The translations under genes and the position numbers were made by a program. A DNA stretch of 58,647 nucleotides from Tubiluchus corallicola (lineage: Eukaryota > Animalia > Priapulida): contig JAQGDQ010001158.1 of NCBI GenBank assembly GCA_030141605.1, positions 1 through 58,647 on the forward strand. Direction: 5' to 3'. Positions 1-58,647 of this stretch are shown here, piece after piece. The notes beneath the pieces are model-generated. The model did not search any database, was not told where the DNA came from, and was given only the letters and a program-made list of their open reading frames with translations. The first letter of the stretch is position 1, and each line of letters begins with the position of its first letter.

Positions 1-15
1 AGAATTTTTATGGCA

Positions 16-156
16 ACGAAACAAGTTATACAGTTATTCTACATTCCACCATCATCTGTGAACACGATTGCAAAATTTCTACATCTGGTGCCGAAACTTG
101 CAATCATGTTCACAGATGATGGTGGAATGTTGAATAACTGTATAACTTGCTTCGTT
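16..156. repeat. Near-perfect inverted repeat/hairpin (arms about 63 bp, loop about 15 nt)
   Basis: aacgaaacaagttatacagttatt...tgcaaaattt pairs with aaacttgcaatc...ataacttgcttcgtt. Confidence 0.85.
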
Positions 157-180
157 AAATAGAATTTAATTAAAATGCAC

Positions 181-49484
<49,304 letters not shown>

Positions 49485-50109
49485 CTAGAAGAAATAAAAA
49501 TGACAAAATCAGCTGGACTATAAAATTTGCTAATCACTTTACAAAAAAATGGGCTTAGCAAAAAGAGTGAAGTTGTTATGGTATGTGCTTCACAACTATA
49601 GTTTAGCAATGTCGTGGCTGTTCAATAAGTAGATGGGTGCAGAGATGATGGTCACCATACCGATGCATCGTCAGGGTTCCCAGAGAATTTGAAAATAAAT
49701 TTCCCTGACTTTCGCGTGACTTTTCCCTGACCAAATACTGATTTTCCATGACCAAGATAAACAGAAATTGTATTACCAGTATACATATTCAGACATTTTT
49801 GTGTATAAACATTCATACATATACTGTAATATATGTCAGCCAATCATTATTTTCAGAATAGAAATTGAAACTGGGAACCGGTCATAGCAAAATTTCATTT
49901 GAACACGAAATGCTAAAAAACATGTTTGGAAAAATATCAGTTTACTGTGATTATTTTTGCAACCCTTTCCAATTTCCCTGGCTTTTCGACCCATTTTCAT
50001 CATTTTTCCTGACTTTTCCGGGATAACCTGTATTTTCAAGGATTTTCCGGAATCGTGGGAACACAGTAAGTGGATGCTAAGCTGGCAAAGGACGTGGGTG
50101 TTAATGTGG

Positions 50110-50790
50110 ATTATGCCTTGGAAGGACGTGGGTGTGAATGTGGATTATGCCTTGAAGCTTTCCAAACATGTAGAAATTGAAGAAAGCGAGGTTAACAAGC
50201 TACTGTGAGATCATGTGAATTGTTGGATGGAATGATATAAAAATTATTGTCAATAGCAATAGTTAGGCCACATCTTGAGTACAGTATAACAGCTCGGATG
50301 CCCATGTTTGCTAGAGACCAGAAGCTGATCGAAGGAGTTCTTCATAGAGCAACTGGAAAGGTCCCAGAGATAAAGGAACTGCCATATGAAGAGCGTCTAA
50401 AGACTTATTTAGAGTTGCTTAGTATGTGGTACAGACAGGTCCAAGGTGATATGATAGAAGTAAACAAGTTTCTTCATGGAATGTACAGTATGCATGCTGA
50501 GACTATGCAAAGAGATTATCAGACAAGAACTAGGAGGCATCCATAGAAGTTGCATGTTTCCATATTGGCATGCAACACAACTTTTCAGCTTGCGGGTCGT
50601 TGATCGATGAACAACCTCCCAAAGAATGTAGTTTGTGCAGAAATCGTAACTTTTTTTAAAATAAAATTGGATGGCATGTCGCTGAACTACAAATGCATTA
50701 GCGAAGGTGTGCACTAAATAGGTCTTAAAGTGCAGATAGTTATGATCAATCAACAGGCGCGAAACGTGTAATATTGGACCAAATTGATAT
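50110..50790 (+). mobile_element. Degenerate CR1 LINE 3' fragment
   Basis: IVRPHLEYS...LIEGV..RAT..VPEIKELPYEERLK...GDMIEV.KFLHG matches the CR1 ORF2 C-terminal signature; frame is disrupted. Confidence 0.85.
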
Positions 50791-51581
50791 GATGTGATAA
50801 TACTCCATAACAGTGATATCTAAAGTCAAAACAATAGAAAACTACGCAGAAACAAAATTAAGCACTTTGCATAAACTTACTTTTGTTTTGCTATGTCTGG
50901 TTCATTGCAGGGATGAGAATGACAAATTGAAAAAACTCTGAAACAGGCCGGGGTGTCGGGGGCCGCGTAAGCCCCCATGGGGGTTCAAGGGAGCCTCTAA
51001 GTGGACTTAAAATATCAATTGCCTTGCATCATGCATAATTTAAGATACCCAACTATCAAGGATACATGATACCTAATTGTCTCCAAAACGCCTAAGTACT
51101 GGCCTCTCCTATGCAAAAGTTATAAAAACTGTCTGCAATTGACTCAAATAACTCCGCACAATTGATTCTATGTTTTTATACGTAGAGATATACACGTGGT
51201 TACACTGATGTACGTGATGTAAACAAAGCGACGGCCTGCCAAGTAGCGGTCAGCTTGCGAAATGATGTAGTGGGTCCGTAAAAATTTTCTCAGTGAATTT
51301 ATGCGATTTACAAAAAATGGCAATACTGGTCTTCCAAAAACTCGGAATTCCGCGCATCCGCGGAAAATTCTCATCCCTGGTTCAATGTTTTCACTTCATT
51401 TCGTTTTCCCCCACTTCACACTACTTCATTTTATTTTACTTGATTTCCACTTCCACTTTACTTCGCTTAATGCTTACAATACGCTTTGCTCCCTTTATTT
51501 GCAAGATTGCAACTACTGACTCCCAGCATTTTTACACTGAAAATTAACTTACGTGTGTCCTCTTACAACGAAAACACTTAC

Positions 51582-51683
51582 TTGTGACCTTTTGTCCTAA
51601 CGTATATGCGGGAGTAAGTGGATCCTGCGTGTAGTAACCAGTTGGTTTTTGTGACACCAGTACAAACAATACAGAACCCCAAC
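51582..51683 (-). CDS. Candidate upstream exon (GWGSVLFVLV...QKVT if phase 1-1)
   Basis: cttatag acceptor and A|gtaagt donor, 102 nt; no recognisable domain and the frame is ambiguous. Confidence 0.3.
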
Positions 51684-51801
51684 CTATAAGTACAAAAACA
51701 ATTGAACGAACTAACAAGCGGAACAGTACGAATCAAGTAAAACAACCGCACTTTAATCATTATCATCTAATTTGGGAAAAACGACACATCAAACCCTAGG
51801 A

Positions 51802-51829
51802 TCTATTATATTAATATTCTTGGTATATT

Positions 51830-51870
<41 letters not shown>

Positions 51871-52136
51871 ATTCGAGGCTACAGCCCGGATGACGGCACC
51901 ATTTGCGGCGATCTATACATCAAACGAAAGGTCTCGATCTAGTCTCGTCTCATTGATGGTTTATTTTTCGAATCGGGCCCACCGGGAGGAAGGGGGGACG
52001 AAAAACCTCCAAAAATGGCCATTTTTCGGCCGTTTTTTGCAAAAGTTATATGGCTGAGATGTAGAGAACGGGAACGGGCCGAGGGGGGTGCTGGCTAAGG
52101 ATAGATAGCCCGTTCAGCGATGGGTGTAGTAGGCAT
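51802..52136 (+). mobile_element. 3'-truncated Helitron copy
   Basis: Homologous to 19243-19556; A|TC start. Confidence 0.75.
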
Positions 52137-52325
52137 GTAATATTAATATGAAAAGCTTTAGTCTTCATTGAGAATCGGTGAGTGATATAAATCGTAACTT
52201 ATCTCTTTGCTTTAGTGTTCAGTGCCTGATTCAACCTGTGCCAGTTTTGTTAAGTTCATGAACGGTTAATTGTAAATGACAAACATTCAACCAACATGTA
52301 CTGCAGCACTGCATTAAATAGATCT

Positions 52326-52945
52326 GTGCGCTTGCACAGCAAAAACATCCATAAGTCGGCAATTAAGCTTTTCTAGTTATTCACATATCTTGAATCTCCA
52401 TTTCATGAGGATTATATTGATACCAAGTTCATTGCTCCTAGTTATTTCTAAGCTGAGATAATCCACATTGAAGTTGAGGTGCAGGCTACGCACTGGAAAA
52501 CATCCTGAGAAAATTGCTGTTAAAGTCAGCCATTGTTTTTTGTCAGGTTTCTACAAAACACTTAGCAACCGCACAAATGTTGGTTGCTACGGACTTTGTA
52601 AGAACACATTGTAGTTACATTTATAAACAGTAGCTGGCTCTTCCTGATGAAGTTTTCGTCCTGGCAACAGAAAAAACCTGAAACAAAATGACTGCTTCCA
52701 CGAGCTACTATAGGACTTTGAAAATACAAGTTTTTTGTAATTGCAGTACTAGTTTCTAGACAGAAAAGTGGGTAAGGAGTTATAAAATTAAATTTTTAGT
52801 GTTTGCTGAACACCTCATTGATAATCTGATGCTAGAGTATAAAGTCTAATATATTTAGCATTTGTTGGGTCATTCTACTTTGAAGCATCATAACGTAGTT
52901 TTAAGTAAGCCGACTTATAGACGGTTTTGATATGCAAGCACACAT
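52326..52945 (+). mobile_element. Full-length MITE copy (family of 8157-9180)
   Basis: TIRs gcttgcacagcaaaaacatccataagtcggc / gccgacttatagacggttttgatatgcaagc. Confidence 0.8.
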
Positions 52946-53217
52946 ATATTAACTAAAATAATAACTTCCTTAGTATTATGATCTTAAATAAAATAAAGCC
53001 GAGTTGAAAGAAATATTTCCATACTGTTAACAAATGCACTTTCACAGTCTTTACCTTTCTTCCCTTTTTGCACTTTAAATTCATAGAACAACTTGAACTA
53101 TGAACTATGAATTTTATTTCACACATCAATATACAATATTGTACACATAAATAAACAATAAATAAAATGATTTGAGTAGTGTGAGGTGAGTGACCATACG
53201 ATCATTAACACACTCAC

Positions 53218-53304
53218 CTTACTTAAATGAAAATGTTGTGCGTGCTTTTGTAGATGACTTAATGAAATTGATGTAATAATAGCAAGGAAACATAAGGAAA
53301 ACAT
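53218..53304 (-). CDS. Candidate first coding exon with signal-peptide-like MFSLCFLAIITSISLS
   Basis: ATG followed by a hydrophobic stretch and a strong AAG|gtgagt donor; could link through a 43-nt exon (53055-53097) to 51582-51683. Confidence 0.33.
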
Positions 53305-53725
53305 AATATGTAATTACAATTTTGAAATAGGCTGCGATGAATGAATAATTTCATTTAAATTGATTTATACTTTTTACTAATAAAGTAACAAATATCGTAA
53401 TGATACCTATTAGTAAAAGAAAAACATTAGTGCAAAAAGACACACGTGCACAAAAAAGAGAAAAAACCTCTGGTTTTCTACGCCAATGAATATTTACTAA
53501 GTAAAAATATCTTATATTGTTTGGTAGCTATTTGTAAAGAAGGAGACTTGAACATTGGAACTTGGATCTTTTCTAGAATTGTGCACTAGAGTACTTAATT
53601 ATATTATCCGAACTCTAAAAAAAGCAGACTCATTGCAAAAAAAAACAAACTCGCAGAAATGTAACGTTCCTGCACCACCAACAAATTAACTCCATACCGG
53701 TTAGTCAAGCATTTAGTACCGTTAA

Positions 53726-54753
53726 CCCTTTCACTAGGTAGTTGCTCATTAACTGGGCCACATTGACTTTTGCACATTTGGCATTAACTTTTTGTGATGT
53801 GCTACTAAACTTGGTTTATATCATCGAACCTGCTGCATTATCACCATTAGCATCAATTCACTATCATTGTCAACGCCATCACCATTGTCATCAGCATTAA
53901 TATCACCATCGTTCTCATCATTATCATCAACATCATCAACACCGTCATTTATCATTTGCTCGCATCTGTTTGCTTCGCTCCATTTAAGGTATTTTTTAAT
54001 TGTTGTTTATATCATTAATTTAGTGTTATCCATGTTGAGCGTAGCTCATAAGTTAATTTCTTCTGCTGCGCTCATAGCACTGCAATGCTTTGTTAATTTG
54101 TAATTTTAAATGGATGAATAAATAAATCTAAAGCAGAATCTTGTACATAAACAAATAGTTGTTCGTTATTGAGTACTAATACTAAATATTAGTTTTATTT
54201 CAACACATGCGAGCACACATAGATGCACTCACGTACACACGCACACATGCACACCCTCATAAATAAGCCAATACTTATATTTAGAAACAAGTTTTCACAA
54301 AAAACACAATACTAATTCATAATATGCAATAATTTTATCAGAATGCAGAATAAACAACTAAACATACGTTTCGTCAACGATCTACAAGTTCGTATGTATG
54401 GGGAACATACCATACGGTGCAGCATTCTGGAATGCACCTAGCATCAGATGCTGATTGGCTGGTTAGCATTATTTGTTGCCAAGCAACCCCAATCCCACAG
54501 CTGTTAAACTTTTCTACAATGTTTTGCATGACCGTAGCAGTGAAACAAACAGACTTGGGTGACTGCGCGTAATACTGAGCTTGGACAGCAGTCTACCGCT
54601 TTCTGTCCCTTGCATGAAAAACATAGGTGGCAGGGTGTCACCTACAGTAATGATTACGGAAAGGGTTAAACGTTATCAGCTGCTCAAGTAGGTATTGCTG
54701 CAATTTTCTGCATACTAATAAATACAGTTTAAATCAATTAACTCCAACATTAC
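53726..54753 (-). mobile_element. Inverted, truncated copy of piggyBac-like MITE 23644-24616
   Basis: TTAA|CCCTTTCACTA end; 54150-54753 is the reverse complement of about 23665-24500. Confidence 0.8.
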
Positions 54754-55558
54754 CACTTGCGGGTGTGCAATGTATGCTGATAATTTCTGATGAAATCACA
54801 AGCAAGAACAACAATGCTGCCATTTTGTCCACAAGTGAAACATGCGCCACACTGAAAATATGCAAGGTGATAAAGAAATATAAAAATTAGTAATAATTTA
54901 GAAAAATGTTCATTTAATTCAACACAGCAGTTTTTATAGCAATAATTACGTAGATTATTTTTAATAATCAGAATACGTCCATAGATTTGTTATAATTTTC
55001 TACGTTAATTAGATAACTTGATTGGAACTTGTAAAACTCAAGTGCAAAGTTACAAAATCTTGCGAGGAAATTATGTAACTTAAATAGCATTATACTTTAT
55101 ATTATAAAACTTTTGTTCTGACTTAGCATTCGTACTTTGTACCCGTGTCCTATTCGTACTCGAAAAAACTTTGTGTGTCTGATATGGGAGAGACAACTCC
55201 TTTTACTGGTCAGAGTATGGGAAATTACATCTCCCCGTCCTCTGCAAACTCCAAACAAGAACCTAATAAATAGGCAGAGGTGTTAGGGTTGGAGTGTCTG
55301 GCTCTCAGCACCATGCTTGTATCACTTGCAGTTTAGTTTAAACATAATTTATTTAGGGTTGGATCAGACAGTTTGTACAACATGATTTAAGATCCTCACC
55401 ACAACAGACTTTATACACTATAGTAAGAATAGACTATACTTAGTTTTTAGTATACTTTAGTATACTACACTGATACATTAGACATTAGTAAAAAATGACG
55501 GTTAGTAAATGTTAATGTACGATTATTTAAGAATGATGCATTTCATATCAGATAGAAA

Positions 55559-55870
55559 CTACTGGAAGCGTTTAGTACGTAATATAAAGGCATGTATACA
55601 TTGGAATATTTTACAGTTAGTAACATAGTTAAATTCATCTTTACCGAATAATAACAACTTCAACAGATGGTTATTTCCTAAGACAGCTATATTAAGGTTT
55701 TCGGGCAGAAGTATTGCATTTAATTTATCAAACATAACTACCCTAGCTAGTTGATGCAATGGGCAGTGCAACAAAAAGTGTTCAACAGACTCAAATCGAA
55801 ATCCAGTTGCAATTCGGCAGTATTGGATGACCGTTTATTATCTAAACTTGCAGTTTATCTTAGCCTTACT
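55559..55870 (-). mobile_element. Degenerate CR1-group LINE 3' fragment
   Basis: LHCPL...R...LLLFG......N.KIF..IHAFILRTKRF resembles LINE ORF2 ends. Confidence 0.55.
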
Positions 55871-57238
55871 GTATTTTGTAGTCAATATTTGAGTATGATT
55901 CTAGATATATAGATTTCAGCCAATATCCATCTTTGATTTGTTTAATATTATTTCTGCTGATAATGATTTTAATTTGTTTTAATGATTTTTATATACATGT
56001 TCATGTGCTATTTTATTTTATACAAGGACTTTTGGTAAATTGTTAATTTAGGTAATTTTATAGGGCTACAACCAAATATTGTCTATTAAAATGAATGCCA
56101 CCTCTAAATTTAACATATTTGCAGTAGATTCTTAGTTCACTTTTTTATTTGGCATAAAAATAATGGCATTCCATGATAATTCGTATGTTATCAATTGTTC
56201 GAATAAAATTTTCTATTGCATTATCATTATATCATTTATAACATATAGTTCACATTAAAATTATAAAAAAAGCACAAAATTATCTAGAAAAAATAAAATT
56301 ACAATTACAGGATTAGTAGACACAGACACAAACAATTATATGCATAAAAAATTAGTACTTAAGATAAAAAACAACAAAAGTAATAAAATAGGGCATTGAT
56401 AATAATTATAATGTCGATTATAAAATGTCTATTATAAAATTATAATTATAATGAAATTTATACAGAGTTTCAAAATTTTAATGCTTATAATAAACTTGTA
56501 TTTTAGAGGAAATTCATTCATTTGCATAGTCAGCTTAGACAGCAATATTAAAATCATTTTCAAAAATAGTAATAACAGATTTTAGATGTTACAAATTTGA
56601 GTATTAACACTATTATGTTTTTCAATAAAGATACAAAATGCGATGAAATATTTATAAAAAAGGTACGATTTTTATTACAGTTGCCGACTAGATTTCTCGT
56701 TAGTTAACAGCTTGCAAATTTGCAGATATTAACAAGTCGATCTTACTATTCCTCATTTGTGGAAAGTAAAATTATATTATGTACAGTAAGCCTATACACA
56801 ACTTGTTTCAAACAAAGAGTTCATTTAACTAGTTAACTCAGATAATCAGGCTGGACTAGCACAGTGCTTTAGGGTCTATTAGTATTAGCGCTAACTTAAA
56901 ATGCATAAAAACAGTAAAATACATTATTTTCGAGAAAAATTATAATTTTTGTTTTAAGAGTGGAAAAAGGCACTGAAATGAATGTGCATAGCATACACTA
57001 ACAATTTGGAACTAAAATGATGTCCAAATCAATAGTTGGCAGAACTCTTTTATGCAGTAAATATACAGTCACTCTATGTGACACCAATCTATACTATAGC
57101 TCCATCTATAGTAACCATTGCAATTAAATATCAATTCTCCTTTCTAATTTTATTTGCCTAACTAATTTTGAAAATGTCCATTTTCAATTAATTTAAAGAC
57201 TTCTTCAATTTTTAAAACCGCGATTAAGATCTTGTTAT

Positions 57239-57563
57239 CAGGGGCGCCAGCAGCAAATTGAAGGGGGGTAGCAGCATTTATGAAAAGGGCACACTTTGTT
57301 TAAACATATTTCTGTGGCCATGCTAGTGACAATATACTTATACATAAGGATATATCTAAGGCACCCCAAATGCCGTCTACATCTCACATGCTAAAAATAG
57401 TAAAATGAATAATGTCAGCTAAAACTGGTAGCTTGACAAATTAAGCGCAAACATATTTTACACGTGTGCTATTTTATTCATCAAATGATCAGCAAAGTTG
57501 TGCTTCCACAATAACCCCCTCGGGAAAGGGCGAGCCTTTGCCCCCGTGGCTCCGGCGCCCGTG
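57239..57563. mobile_element. hAT-like MITE
   Basis: CAGGGGCGCC / GGCGCCCGTG TIRs, 8-bp TSD cttgttat / cttgttac (1 mismatch). Confidence 0.7.
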
Positions 57564-58647
57564 CTTGTTACAGCCACTTCATGTTCTCATACATATACGC
57601 GTTCTCAAGCAATTAATGTACATTATCGCACAAAAATTTTAAATTATGTCGAAAAATACACTTGCATTTTTTTTTAAAAAAATCTATGAAAAATAATTAA
57701 AATTCTCACCCTGTTCAAACATGTCAGCCACTGCACTCCGGCGTCTGCGTTGCCAAGCAGCTCGAATATATGGTAGCGCGAGGGAACACCGACTTAATTT
57801 AAAGTCATTTGGTTTCAAACTGCCGCTATAAGTAATAATTATTGTAAATACAGATTAATTTAATTTAGAAAGTTAAGCGTTGTTGATAACTGTAACGTTA
57901 TCAATATAGTAGCCTGGTACAATATAGTTCCTATGTGTGAACAGACTTTCAATTATCATTACGCACTTGGATTCGGGTTGTGTGGACGTAATTTGTGTCT
58001 TCTGATTTAAGTTCAATAAACTCTTTGATTACATATAAATACTGTGTTCTAGTACATAGTATTACATGGTGGCAGCCAGTGGAAACGGACTTACACTGCC
58101 AAACACCAGGAAGTTGTGAAAAATACCAGTTTCAAGGAAGTTTAATATCAGAAAAGCATACTAGCTGCAAACGCACGGCCGCTCAGCAGGAGACCACGTT
58201 GGCACGTTTCCGCTCACCCTGAAAGTAGTGCGAATGCCCCGACGGTCAGATCCGTGCGCAAAAAAAACAATTGATTTCCGAGAACAATTGAACTTGAAGT
58301 CTTAACATAGCAAGCGAGGGCACGTCGGTGAGAAAAACAGCAAACTTTTATGTACAGTTCTACAGTGTGCGACGCAATAGCTTACTACGAACTGTGTTAT
58401 CTGTTACAATAATTTTAAAAGCTACGTATAATTCCGTCAACGAAACTCAGTGCCAAGAAATAATGAGAGATTTATCGGGAATAATTCCACCTTGTATGGA
58501 CTGGAGTTGTCGTGATTTACCGTCGAGTTTTAAAGCGTTTGAGCAATATTGCAGACTGATTTTTCAAGGCCCGCTAGCAACTAAAACTGACGCACAAGAA
58601 GCCACTTAGGCCAAGACGGCCTAAAAATCTTCAACTCATGGGGTCTG

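Overview
This is AT-rich, repeat-dense animal genomic DNA, most likely from an invertebrate; it is not prokaryotic and contains no CRISPR array, rRNA or tRNA gene. Most of the window is one large minus-strand intron-rich gene. By hand I chained 22 GT-AG exons (49484 down to 181) with consistent phases into about 1,270 aa of open frame: 2 SUEL/rhamnose-binding-lectin-like domains, 9 Notch-type EGF repeats, a PKD-like domain, a REJ module and a helical post-REJ region. That is the ectodomain of a polycystin-1-like (PKD1L/REJ family) receptor; its 3' part runs off the left edge and its 5' end is unresolved. The most striking insert is a young, structurally complete Bel/Pao LTR element (30104-35212; 5-bp TSD, TG..CA LTRs, tRNA-Phe-like PBS). 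It encodes one intact ~1,036-aa Gag-protease ORF with no RT, RNase H core or integrase, ending in in-frame pol relics that include a hydrophobic segment. The introns also hold a Gypsy-type solo LTR nested in a pogo/Tigger-like MITE, Helitron, hAT, piggyBac-like, Kolobok-like, Tc1/mariner-like and Harbinger-like non-autonomous elements, LINE fragments and many minisatellites, several of which grew inside MITEs. Nearly all long ORFs in the supplied track, other than the Gag ORF and the exon-overlapping ones, are repeat artefacts. All coordinates and alignments were read manually.
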